Shown: positions 41,331 through 50,305 of the stretch, piece after piece
Layout of the letters: each line of letters opens with the position of its first letter
Position numbering within the stretch: the stretch's first letter is position 1
Assembly: GCA_964371615.1 (NCBI GenBank)
Contig: CAYJMS010000003.1
Coordinates: forward strand, 66,629 to 130,628
DNA: 64,000 nt
Direction: 5' to 3'
From: an uncultured Chitinophagaceae bacterium
GTDB taxonomy: Bacteria > Bacteroidota > Ignavibacteria > UBA10030 > UBA8401
Translations under genes and position numbers: made by a program
Notes under the pieces: generated by a model
Databases searched by the model: none
What the model saw: the letters and a program-made list of their open reading frames with translations, nothing else
What the model was told of the DNA's origin: nothing

Positions 41331-42353
41331 ATGGGTAAAGCAATGGTAAAAATATTGTTAAGTATTCTCGTGGTTATTTTCATGATTATATTTATTAGTA
41401 GGTGTGAAAAAGAAATTCCACAAGGGAAATCTATTATTATACCAAAAGCAAAAATTGTTTATATAGAAGCAAAAGACGTAGAGAGTGGAATTGGTAGCCC
41501 ACCTTTTGGTGATGCCATATTAATGGATATCAAGAATAATAAAAGGATAATTATTTCTGAAGATGAGTTTTATGATACCGCACCATATTTTTCTTTAGGA
41601 GGAGATTCTATCCTATTCCAATCAAATAGAACTGAGGATCCTATTGTGCGCGCAATTAAAGGTATGAGCGGTCCATATGATATTTTATTGTGTAACTTAC
41701 ATTCTTTGGATTTATCTAACCATAAGATTTTTTACGAAAAAGACAGAATGCAAATTTATAAAAGCACACTATTTGATCTTCAATTTATGACTAGAAATAT
41801 AGTTATTTTCAGATTTGCAGGTAAAAATGAAATTTATTCGGCAGTAATTGATCAGGATTCGACGTCGATGTTAAAACAATTCAAACAATTCGATAGTATC
41901 GAAGATATTTCTCACCGGGATTCTATATTTGTTTTTGGGTATAATATAAAAGACTCTGATCAAAGCGGAGTAGCATTATACGATTTGAGATCAGATTCTA
42001 CGGTATTGATCATGAATGATAAATGGAGAATTGGAGGATGGTATATTGATGGAAGTAAAATATTGTTATTCAGGAATAATGTAATTGGCGAATACGATTT
42101 TATTAAACAAGAATTTAGAGAAATATTAAAATTAAAATCAGAAGACAAGTTGATTGTCAGAAATCCGTATTATATTTCAGAAAAGGAAATAGTATTTTTA
42201 GGGAGGATAAAGAAGACTAATACAAAGAATGCATTAGAAAATCCTTTCGGAAATTCTGAAATCTATCTTTACGAAATAGATAAAAAACAAAGAATACAAG
42301 TGACAAATGACGGCAAAGAAAAAGATTACCTTAGAGGTGTTTTTACAAAGTAG
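41331..42353 (+). CDS. hypothetical exported protein with PD40/TolB-like propeller hints (orphan, AT-rich)
   Basis: Track start 41310 is GTG; ATG 41331 or 41343 is more likely (MVKILLSILVVIFMIIFISRC). YFSLGGDSILFQSNR resembles a PD40 repeat. Confidence 0.55.
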   Translation: MGKAMVKILLSILVVIFMIIFISRCEKEIPQGKSIIIPKAKIVYIEAKDVESGIGSPPFGDAILMDIKNNKRIIISEDEFYDTAPYFSLGGDSILFQSNRTEDPIVRAIKGMSGPYDILLCNLHSLDLSNHKIFYEKDRMQIYKSTLFDLQFMTRNIVIFRFAGKNEIYSAVIDQDSTSMLKQFKQFDSIEDISHRDSIFVFGYNIKDSDQSGVALYDLRSDSTVLIMNDKWRIGGWYIDGSKILLFRNNVIGEYDFIKQEFREILKLKSEDKLIVRNPYYISEKEIVFLGRIKKTNTKNALENPFGNSEIYLYEIDKKQRIQVTNDGKEKDYLRGVFTK

Positions 42354-42467
42354 ATTATCAATTATTAAGCATTTCATTATGTAAAAGTTAATATATCGTC
42401 TCTTCTACTGTAATTGGTAAAAGTTAACTGACAAAGTATTGCGTGATACAATTAGAGGCAAAAAATA

Positions 42468-42608
42468 TATCTCGTTCCCAAACTCTCCGCCGGAGGCGGA
42501 CAGGCGTTTGGGAACGTAAATTGTTTGAAACTCCGTTTCACATAATTTACTGAATTGAAGCAGAGCTTCATACAGATCCGTTCCCAACGGGACGTTGGGA
42601 ACGAGATA
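42468..42608 (+). mobile_element. four-hairpin TIR element, copy D, 141 bp
   Basis: TATCTCGTTCCCAAAC...CGTTCCCAACGGGACGTTGGGAACGAGATA. The closest copy to the consensus. Confidence 0.8.
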
Positions 42609-42613
42609 AAAAA

Positions 42614-42666
42614 GTGATGCCATGACTTGTCCCAAAGGGACGGCCTCGCCGGAGTCATGGCATCAC
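42614..42666. repeat. palindrome family P-C, copy 2
   Basis: GTGATGCCATGACT-[tgtcccaaagggacggcctcgccgg]-AGTCATGGCATCAC. The loop holds its own GTCCC-aaa-GGGAC hairpin. Confidence 0.85.
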
Positions 42667-42677
42667 TGAGGAAGTCT

Positions 42678-45065
42678 TCACACCCCGTGTTTCTCCATCA
42701 GGCGTCTCGCCATCGGTTTGTACAACAAATAGTACAGTGAATCGAGATATGTAAAGAGTTCCGACGTCGATAAGTTGGTGGAGAATCTCCAGAAGCCGTA
42801 GATCTTGGCAAGCGATAAGAGCGATTCCGAGTACAGCTTCCAGTTGTACCGCGCATTCACGCGGGCAATCGCCTGTTTCGAAATCTTCTCCCACTGCTTC
42901 GGATCGTTTTGAGTAGCAGTAATGAAAGTCAATATTTTCTGCGTCGATTCCGCTGCATTGACCGGATCAATATGGAATCCCGACCGGTTGTTTTCCACAA
43001 TCTCCGACGGGCCGCCATACTGCGTTGCAAAGACCGGCAATCCGGAGATCATCGCTTCGAGCACCGTCAGTCCGAATCCTTCGAACAATCCCGGCTGCAC
43101 AAAAACGCCGCGGCGATCGGCGATCACCCGGTAGATCTCCCCCGCTTCGGTCTTGCGGAAAAGTTTGCCGATCCACCTCACATGACCGTCCAATTGATAC
43201 TGATCCATCAAGTGATGCATCAGATGAATTTGTTCCTGCTCCTCGATGTCCGACGAACGATTGGGATCCGTGAGTCCCGCCACCACCACAAGATTCGCAC
43301 GCTCGCGCAGTTCCGGCGAATCGCCGAACCACCGCACCAGTGCGGTGATATTCTTGATCTTGTCCAGCCGCGCCATGGTGAAGATCGGCGTCCGCTCGGG
43401 ATGTTTCAGCGCTCCGCGGATTTCCGGATCCGCACCCGCACCGAACACCATCTCCTCCATCTTCTTCATGATCTCGGGAAAACGCTGCTCCGTTTTGGTG
43501 TACGGAAAGTACACTTTCTCGTTCACGCCGGGAGAGACGACATTGAATTTTGGATGGAATAGGTTGATGCCGTTTTCCGCCCGGTACAGCTCCGGCATGG
43601 TGAACGCTTTGTACGATTCATATTGGCCGATCGTCGTCTGTGTGCCGGCGATCTCCTGGAACGACGACGTGATGACAAAGTCCGCCGCGTTCATGGCGAT
43701 GAGGTCTGCGGTGAATTGAAGCGAAAAATGATAATGATCGTCGTGCGATTTCCAGTACAGCGCCGAATAGAGATATTTGCTTTTTTCCAGCGCGTGGGCA
43801 ATGGTGCATTGGGTCACGCCGAATCGCCGCGCCAGCACGGTGGCGACGATGTTGCCATCCGTGTAGTTGCCGATCACCAGATCCGGGCGGCGGACGAGTT
43901 CGGAGAGAAGCTCCACCGCTGCATCCTCCGCAAATTCTTCGAGGTACGGATAGATCTCGAACCGCGAGATCCACCGGTTGGTGATCTCGGGATTGTGCGT
44001 CCGGAACGGCACGCGGAGTATCCATACGTTGTTTGTCTCGTGCACTTTCTCCAACCGTTGATTGCAGGTGGTGTTTCCCGCTTCCGGAATCAACCGCGTC
44101 AGGATGAGTATCTTGGGATTGACCTCGAGTCCGGCATCCTTGAACGATTGAATCATTTCCTTTTCCAACGCCTTCACCTGATCGAGTATATACACCACTT
44201 GTCCTCCCGTGTCGGGAAGTCCGAGTACTCCCTCCTGCGCAAAGTATCCGTGCGGAGAAACGACGACGATGTTGAAGATCATCGGTATGCGCGAGATAAA
44301 CTGCTTCAGCGAATTGTGGTCGGGAGATTCTACCAGTGAGCGGAGGAGGCGCAGAATGTCCGCAACGGACGCAGCCGTCGAGCCGAGCCCCTGTTCGAAT
44401 CCGATGCTTTGCAGGTCGTGTTTAAATGATGCAAACGGTTCATCGTCCGGCAGACCGGAAAGGAGCGTCACCGCTTTGTCGATGCTGTCGAACAGTTTGT
44501 CGATGTCGGTGATGCGCTCGTTGATCAACAGCTGATTGGAACCGTACTTATGGAGCGCAAGAAAATTGAGGAACAGTTTTCTCCACTTTTCCGCATTGGT
44601 GAACATCTCACTGGAGAGATACCGGTTGAGATATTCCATCCCCGCGCCGATGCTTTTCGGGTCCCGCACGCTCGGAAAACGGTCGTAGAACGGCTTGAAA
44701 TTGATTGTGAAAAGACTGTCGCGGATGCCGGGGAATGCGCACTGTTCCGTCGCGGCGAGATACTCCACGATCGTCACCTGATCGACGTTGAGATCGTCGA
44801 GATTGAATCGGTAGTATTGCGACAGGGCGATCCGCTCCCGCACTTCCACGAAGATCGTCTGTTTCACCACCACCGCTTCCTGAAATTCGTTGACCAGTTT
44901 TTCGATCTCTTTCCGGTGTTGTTCGGCAAATGCGTCTGCCATGGAGCGAAAGACTTCGATCAATTCCCCGCGCAGAAGAAAGTTTCTGCCGGTTTCGATC
45001 ACGGCATTGAAATACCGGAAGAGTTCTCTCCGTTCATTTTCCGCTAATGTTGAAAGTTTTTTCAT
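42678..45065 (-). CDS. sucrose synthase (GT4)
   Basis: Track ORF 42678-45293 trimmed to ATG 45065 (MKKLSTLAENERRELF; ATGA overlap with the SPS stop). About 795 aa; GLPDTGGQVVYILDQVKALE and a C-terminal GT-B domain. Confidence 0.9.
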   Translation of the reverse strand: MKKLSTLAENERRELFRYFNAVIETGRNFLLRGELIEVFRSMADAFAEQHRKEIEKLVNEFQEAVVVKQTIFVEVRERIALSQYYRFNLDDLNVDQVTIVEYLAATEQCAFPGIRDSLFTINFKPFYDRFPSVRDPKSIGAGMEYLNRYLSSEMFTNAEKWRKLFLNFLALHKYGSNQLLINERITDIDKLFDSIDKAVTLLSGLPDDEPFASFKHDLQSIGFEQGLGSTAASVADILRLLRSLVESPDHNSLKQFISRIPMIFNIVVVSPHGYFAQEGVLGLPDTGGQVVYILDQVKALEKEMIQSFKDAGLEVNPKILILTRLIPEAGNTTCNQRLEKVHETNNVWILRVPFRTHNPEITNRWISRFEIYPYLEEFAEDAAVELLSELVRRPDLVIGNYTDGNIVATVLARRFGVTQCTIAHALEKSKYLYSALYWKSHDDHYHFSLQFTADLIAMNAADFVITSSFQEIAGTQTTIGQYESYKAFTMPELYRAENGINLFHPKFNVVSPGVNEKVYFPYTKTEQRFPEIMKKMEEMVFGAGADPEIRGALKHPERTPIFTMARLDKIKNITALVRWFGDSPELRERANLVVVAGLTDPNRSSDIEEQEQIHLMHHLMDQYQLDGHVRWIGKLFRKTEAGEIYRVIADRRGVFVQPGLFEGFGLTVLEAMISGLPVFATQYGGPSEIVENNRSGFHIDPVNAAESTQKILTFITATQNDPKQWEKISKQAIARVNARYNWKLYSESLLSLAKIYGFWRFSTNLSTSELFTYLDSLYYLLYKPMARRLMEKHGV

Positions 45066-47242
45066 TGCTTCTTCTCCTCGGTTGTACTTCCGACAAATCG
45101 ATAGTGGCTGATCCCTTCCAGTATCCCTCCGGCAAAGCCCCGCTCGGCGAAATAGATCCTCCGTTTGCCGCGCAGTTTCTCGAGTTCGGAACTGTGGTTC
45201 CCGACAACGATGCCGAGCGTTTCGCCCGTCAGCATATCGATATCGTTCCCCGAATCGCCGGCCACAATCACATTGTCCAGCGGAATGTTCCAACGATAGG
45301 CAAGGTACCGAACGGCGAGCCCTTTGGATGCGCGTTGCGGCAACAGATCAAGATATTGATCGTGGCTGTAGATCATGGTGCAGCGGATCTTGTTCTTCGC
45401 CAGTTCGTGACGGATCATCTGAAGTTGTTCCGTTGAACATTGACCGTAATAACTCACTTTGAACGGGCGTTGCGTCTCTTCTTCCTGATAATCAAGAAAC
45501 GGCATCATCCGCAGCGTCTCGACAATCTTCTGCCGGTACCACCGGTAATCGATATGGGAGCTCCATCCGGTAGCGGGAATGATCTCCTTTCCGGCATTAT
45601 AATAGACCTCCGCGCCGACGGAAGTGATCAGAAAATCCGGTACGGGACAACGGTTCTCCTTCAGGATTGCCAGCGCCGAATCGATCGTACGTCCGGTGGC
45701 GACGCCGAAGCCGACCTCGTCGCGATGCTGCTGGATAAATGCGAGAAATTCCTCCAACGCTTGCTCGTCGCCTGCCAATGTGTTGTCGATATCGGTCACG
45801 ATCAGTTTCTTTGTTCCGATCAGTTTTTTCCCGACTTGTTTGAATGTTTTTTCGTCCTTCACCGTGCGTTGTGCAATATCGATAACGCAATTAATGTACC
45901 GCTGCGAGTGAGCGGACCAGGAGTAATATGTGGCAATGCGGTTGCTGCCGTTCTCGGAATATTTTTTCCATTCCGATTGGTCATACAGCACCTTCTTGAT
46001 CGCTTCCGCCATTTTTGCGGAATCGTTCGCGTCGATCAGCACTCCGCATTCGAGATTGGCGATGATGTCACGCGGTCCGCCGTGGTTGGTTGCGACGACC
46101 GGCAGTCCCGACGCGGCAGCTTCGAGCAGTGTGATGCCGAAATTCTCGGTGAAGGCGGGATTCACAAACACGCCGCGTGTTTCCGCAGCGATGCGGTACA
46201 ATTCGGGAATTTCAAATTCCACGTCGTGCCGTTTGGGTATCGCCATCTTACCGTACAGATCGTATTTGTCCATCAGCAGCAGCATTTCCGTCAGTACTTC
46301 GCGTTCGTTGTCCGGCATTGTCTGAATGTCCTTTCGGATCCCCGCGAAGATGGCAAGGTTCGCCATATTCCGCAGTTCAGGATCCTCGCCGAATGCGGTA
46401 ATCAATCCGCCGATATTCTTTCGACGATCCGGCCGGCAGACGGTGAGGATCAGCGGGCGGTTCATGTCCAAAAAGAAACGCCAGAGCTGTTCGCGGATGG
46501 TGACGCGCACCGCCTGCATTTGTTCATCCATCGCATGCTGCGCTTCATGCGGGAAGAAGCGGTTCAGTTCGATGCCGGGAGGAATCACTTCGTACTTCGG
46601 CAGGTCCTTGTTCCGGTAATTGATATACTGCTGTTTTTTTTCGTCGTGCGTACTGGTGACGATGAGATCCGAATAATAGAGGATCGATTCCTCGACCTCG
46701 ATTCGGTGATGGATATTGTACCGTTCCTCAATATCCTGTTCGTCCAATCCCGATTGGGTCAGCCGTTCGAGTTTCGGAATGCCGAGGGAATGTCCGGTAT
46801 GGATCATCGGAATGCCGAAGAATTTTGTCAGTTCCGAACAGACGAAACCCGCATCGGCATAGTGGCTGTGAATGATGTCCGGCAGCCTCCCGACCGATTT
46901 AATGTGCTTGATCGATTTGTCGACGAACTCTTCGAGATAATCCCACAGCAGTTCTTTGCGGATGTACCGGCCGCCGCCGCATTGGATTCGTATGATGGAG
47001 CATTTGTCGTTGATCGGTTCGACGCGGCGGGCATAGTCGGGAGAAATACGTTTGTCGCTGATCCACCGCGTGATAAGTTCCACTTTTCCCACCTGCGGCA
47101 GCGTGCTGAGGGCTTTGCACAGTTCCACCACATATTTTGTCTGCCCGCCGGTGTCGGCATCGCGGCCGAGTTCGAGGTTGTCGCCGCGAATCAGTCCGTG
47201 GATGCTGTAGATCTGGATATAGAGCGGTTTGTTTTCATACAT
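45062..47242 (-). CDS. sucrose-phosphate synthase with C-terminal HAD (SPP-like) domain
   Basis: 726 aa. IHGLIRGDNLELGRDADTGGQTKYVVEL; the HAD motif I DIDNTL is intact in the C-terminal third. Confidence 0.9.
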   Translation of the reverse strand: MYENKPLYIQIYSIHGLIRGDNLELGRDADTGGQTKYVVELCKALSTLPQVGKVELITRWISDKRISPDYARRVEPINDKCSIIRIQCGGGRYIRKELLWDYLEEFVDKSIKHIKSVGRLPDIIHSHYADAGFVCSELTKFFGIPMIHTGHSLGIPKLERLTQSGLDEQDIEERYNIHHRIEVEESILYYSDLIVTSTHDEKKQQYINYRNKDLPKYEVIPPGIELNRFFPHEAQHAMDEQMQAVRVTIREQLWRFFLDMNRPLILTVCRPDRRKNIGGLITAFGEDPELRNMANLAIFAGIRKDIQTMPDNEREVLTEMLLLMDKYDLYGKMAIPKRHDVEFEIPELYRIAAETRGVFVNPAFTENFGITLLEAAASGLPVVATNHGGPRDIIANLECGVLIDANDSAKMAEAIKKVLYDQSEWKKYSENGSNRIATYYSWSAHSQRYINCVIDIAQRTVKDEKTFKQVGKKLIGTKKLIVTDIDNTLAGDEQALEEFLAFIQQHRDEVGFGVATGRTIDSALAILKENRCPVPDFLITSVGAEVYYNAGKEIIPATGWSSHIDYRWYRQKIVETLRMMPFLDYQEEETQRPFKVSYYGQCSTEQLQMIRHELAKNKIRCTMIYSHDQYLDLLPQRASKGLAVRYLAYRWNIPLDNVIVAGDSGNDIDMLTGETLGIVVGNHSSELEKLRGKRRIYFAERGFAGGILEGISHYRFVGSTTEEKKQ

Positions 47243-48117
47243 CAGAAATACTTTCGGTACTGTTGATAAAACTCATTGCCGTCCGGAAGCGCTCCGTCGA
47301 TGCGGCAGATCTCGGCGGAAAACGCGGAAGCCCGTTCGTGCATCTCTTCGACCGGCCATCCGCGCATGATTCCCAGGCACATCATCGCCGCAAATGCATC
47401 GCCGGCGCCGACTGTATCCCGCACATGCTGCACAGGCGTTCGTTGAAAATCTCCCGACTCCGGTGTATAGATCCAGGATCCATATTCACCCATCGTAACG
47501 GCCAGATGGGAGAGTGAAAAATGCGAAACAAGCTCCGCTGCGGATGGGGCGAGTGCAAACGGAGCGGAGAAGAAGAGCGAATGAATCGTTTCCAGCTCGT
47601 CGGCATTCATTTTTACGATATCGGCAAGCACCAACGACCGCTGCAACACTTCGGTGGAATAATATTCCTGCCGCAGATTGACGTCGAAGAAACATCGGTC
47701 GGCATTCTGGCTCAAGGCATACAGCGTCGACCGCGATGTCTCGCTCCGCTGCGCAAGCGTGCCGTAATACAACATTTCGCAATTGATCAGCGCGGCGTCG
47801 GTATCGGGCGTGTGTTCGATGAAGTCGTACGCGCTCTCCTCCGTGATCGTGAATGACGGAATTCCGTCGCTGCCGAGTTCAACGACAGCCGTGCCGGTCG
47901 GATGGTGAAGATCGATCTGCAGGCACTTTTGATCGATAGTATGCCGATCCAGAAAATCTCTGATCATTGAACCGCGATCGTCGTTTCCAATGCGTGAGAT
48001 GATCGTCCCGTTTCCCGTCAATGCGTGGACGTGGAACAGGAAATTGAACGGCGCACCGCCCAGTAATTCCCGTTCGGGATAGACATCATACAATATTTCT
48101 CCAAACGCCGTGATCAT
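47242..48117 (-). CDS. PfkB family fructokinase
   Basis: Trimmed to ATG 48117 (MITAFGEILYDVYP). PfkB signature DTVGAGDAF. Stop overlaps the SPS start by 1 nt. Confidence 0.85.
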   Translation of the reverse strand: MITAFGEILYDVYPERELLGGAPFNFLFHVHALTGNGTIISRIGNDDRGSMIRDFLDRHTIDQKCLQIDLHHPTGTAVVELGSDGIPSFTITEESAYDFIEHTPDTDAALINCEMLYYGTLAQRSETSRSTLYALSQNADRCFFDVNLRQEYYSTEVLQRSLVLADIVKMNADELETIHSLFFSAPFALAPSAAELVSHFSLSHLAVTMGEYGSWIYTPESGDFQRTPVQHVRDTVGAGDAFAAMMCLGIMRGWPVEEMHERASAFSAEICRIDGALPDGNEFYQQYRKYF

Positions 48118-48298
48118 ATACTCTCTATAAATTACACATCTCACAGTGAATCGCAAGGAAAACTACATGAGAGTCATGAAGAAGTTCGATTTTTCCCAAA
48201 ATCGGGCAACTTTTTCTGCTGCCAATGCCGGAGAAGAAAATGTTTTGTATCCAGTGTGAAATGTCTTATTTTATACATACCACCAATATGGGGAGAGA

Positions 48299-50101
48299 GT
48301 GCAAGAAGTGAACAATCAACATACGTTTCATATTCCCGTCATGGGAATCGGTTTTACCATCGATACGCCGGTTAAAGTGGCCCATCTCGGCATTTCGTCG
48401 GTCATGTCGTTGGTGGATGACATGCTCGCAGAGAAGATGCGGGAGATGTACAGCAACAAACTGAACCTGCCGTATACGCCAATCAACGAAAAAAACAGCG
48501 CCGATCACCGGGCGGAACGGATCACCGCTTATCTGAATCTTGTCGACAAGATCGTTCACGACAAGTTTGCAGCGTTGAAACGGTCGTTTGAAGAAGCGGG
48601 TGAAGAGCTGAATAAGTATATCGACATGCTCCCCGACTTTTCCACACTCAAGAAACAGTTCCGGGAACTTGTTGCCAACAATACCGTGCGGGAGGATATT
48701 TCCGCCTGGATCGATGCCCATCTTCATCCCGGCAGCATCGACGTGAATATCATGACGAAGCTGGACAAAGAAAATTACCGCGGCGATGAAAAACTAACTC
48801 ATGAATTTAACGACGCTCATGCGGCGCTGCGCGGGTACGCTAAGAGCAACCTCCGCTCCTGCATCGTCTTCTCGGCAGGAATGAATCCCCGCCTCTACGG
48901 ATACATTGAAAAATTCGACGATTTTTACCCCGACGCGTCGGGCGATATCAAGAAAAAAATCATTCTCAAAGTCAGCGATTACCGTTCGGCGATCATTCAG
49001 GGAAAATTCCTCGCCAAAAAAGGTTTGTGGGTCTCGGAATACCGCATCGAATCCGGTTTGAACTGCGGCGGCCATGCGTTCGCCTCCGACGGATATCTGA
49101 TGGGGCCGATATTGGACGAGTTCAAGCATCACCGTCAGGACCTGATCGACACCACGCATGAACTGTTCGTTGAAGGATTGAAAGTACGCAACCGTCCGAT
49201 TCCGGCACAGCAACTCCCGATCCGTATCACGGCACAGGGAGGCGTCGGCACGGCGGAAGAGCATCAATTTTTACTGGACCATTACGGACTCGATTCGATC
49301 GGCTGGGGATCGCCGTTCCTTCTCTGTCCCGAAGTGACCAATGTCGACACCCATACGATGGATTTGTTGTGCAAGGCGCATGAAGAGGATCTCTATTTAA
49401 GCAACATTTCTCCTCTCGGAGTACCATTCAACAGCCTGCGGGGAAATACCAAGGATATTGAAAAGCTGGAGTTGGTTGACAAAGGACGCCCCGGAAGTTC
49501 CTGCCCGAGAAAGTATATTCAGCTGAACACCGAATTCACGGATAAAGCGATCTGCCGCGCATCGCGCCAGTATCAGAACATCCGGATCACCATGCTGGAC
49601 GAAAAAGGATTGAGCGAGGACGAATACAAAAAAGAATTCGACGCGATCGTCGACAAGTCGTGCATCTGCGTTGGACTCGGCACTTCTGCATTGATCGTCA
49701 ACAATCTCAACACAAAAGTCGAAGGGCCGGGGGTCTCCGTGTGTCCCGGACCGAACATCGCGTACTACGATAAGATCGTTTCGCTGAAGACGATGACGGA
49801 TCATATTTACGGCAGATCCAACATCATGACGCATCCCGCCCGTCCGCATATGTTTGTGAAGGAGTTGAAACTCTACATCGATTATCTGAAAACGCAGATC
49901 GCGGAAACGCCGTTTCCGTTTACCGACAAACAGATAAAATATTTCGGGGAGTTCCAGAAAAATCTGGAAGACGGAGTCGCTTATTACAAAAATCTGTACT
50001 CCGATTTCGAATCGAAGTTGGCGGTAATGAAAGAAGATCTCTATGCAGAATTAGAAGAGATCCGCATGAAGCTGAACGAATCAGCCCCTGTTGCAGTGTA
50101 A
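48299..50101 (+). CDS. large conserved-looking hypothetical protein, possible NMO/FabK-like FMN TIM-barrel with long insertions
   Basis: 600 aa; GTG start after a GGGAGAG RBS. ESGLNCGGHAF resembles the EAGGH motif, and ITAQGGVGTAEEHQFLLDHYGLDSIGWGSPFLL resembles the GGI.T...G.GT.F tail of nitronate monooxygenase/FabK. The function call has low confidence. Confidence 0.6.
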   Translation: MQEVNNQHTFHIPVMGIGFTIDTPVKVAHLGISSVMSLVDDMLAEKMREMYSNKLNLPYTPINEKNSADHRAERITAYLNLVDKIVHDKFAALKRSFEEAGEELNKYIDMLPDFSTLKKQFRELVANNTVREDISAWIDAHLHPGSIDVNIMTKLDKENYRGDEKLTHEFNDAHAALRGYAKSNLRSCIVFSAGMNPRLYGYIEKFDDFYPDASGDIKKKIILKVSDYRSAIIQGKFLAKKGLWVSEYRIESGLNCGGHAFASDGYLMGPILDEFKHHRQDLIDTTHELFVEGLKVRNRPIPAQQLPIRITAQGGVGTAEEHQFLLDHYGLDSIGWGSPFLLCPEVTNVDTHTMDLLCKAHEEDLYLSNISPLGVPFNSLRGNTKDIEKLELVDKGRPGSSCPRKYIQLNTEFTDKAICRASRQYQNIRITMLDEKGLSEDEYKKEFDAIVDKSCICVGLGTSALIVNNLNTKVEGPGVSVCPGPNIAYYDKIVSLKTMTDHIYGRSNIMTHPARPHMFVKELKLYIDYLKTQIAETPFPFTDKQIKYFGEFQKNLEDGVAYYKNLYSDFESKLAVMKEDLYAELEEIRMKLNESAPVAV

Positions 50102-50123
50102 GGAATTCTCTTTTCGGTATTAC

Positions 50124-50157
50124 AAACCCGCGGCGATCACTGCGGGTTTTTTATTTT
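50124..50157 (+). terminator. Rho-independent terminator
   Basis: AAACCCGC-ggcgatcact-GCGGGTTT followed by a T-run (TTTATTTT). Confidence 0.8.
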
Positions 50158-50305
50158 CATCGCGCGCCGTTTGCCGTCGCTGCCATCCAGTGCTGAACCG
50201 CGATATCGAAAAAATTCCAAATTCCGAGAGAATTTCGACGTCAAAATTATAACGATTGTTCCTTATATTGTTCATAATGTATTATTACAAGGACACCTCA
50301 CGCAT

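Noticed and set aside
38572-42608. The four regularly spaced repeats could be a CRISPR array.
   Set aside because: The units are 121-162 bp, internally multi-hairpinned and bounded by TIRs. Spacing is 1.0-1.6 kb and contains full-length genes. No cas genes are present. This is not CRISPR architecture.
38572-42608. Integron cassette array (attC sites) as the primary explanation for the repeat-gene-repeat pattern.
   Set aside because: Complementarity of the element ends extends 6 nt beyond the putative R boxes (TATCTC/GAGATA). That is not expected if recombination occurs at G/TT. The first 'cassette' (mscS) has native G+C, and no intI is in the window. I kept it only as a lower-probability alternative that an attC covariance-model search could settle.
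42678-45293. N-terminal extensions of track ORFs, such as sucrose synthase to 45293, the decarboxylase to 10688, fructokinase to 48156, and others at 13625, 21766, 23446, 26974, 33891, 34286, 50171, 59878 and 60711.
   Set aside because: The extensions overlap neighbouring genes or repeats and have odd composition. Internal ATGs give canonical N-termini, signal peptides or ATGA coupling. Coordinates were trimmed accordingly.
45440-47266. 608-aa ORF on the + strand, and similar long ORFs at 364-1446, 2503-3879, 35566-36333 and 57180-58169.
   Set aside because: Each lies entirely antisense to a well-supported gene (SPS, hybrid kinase, M16, S41). Each has R/H/F/V-rich low-information composition and no motifs. 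These are typical shadow ORFs.
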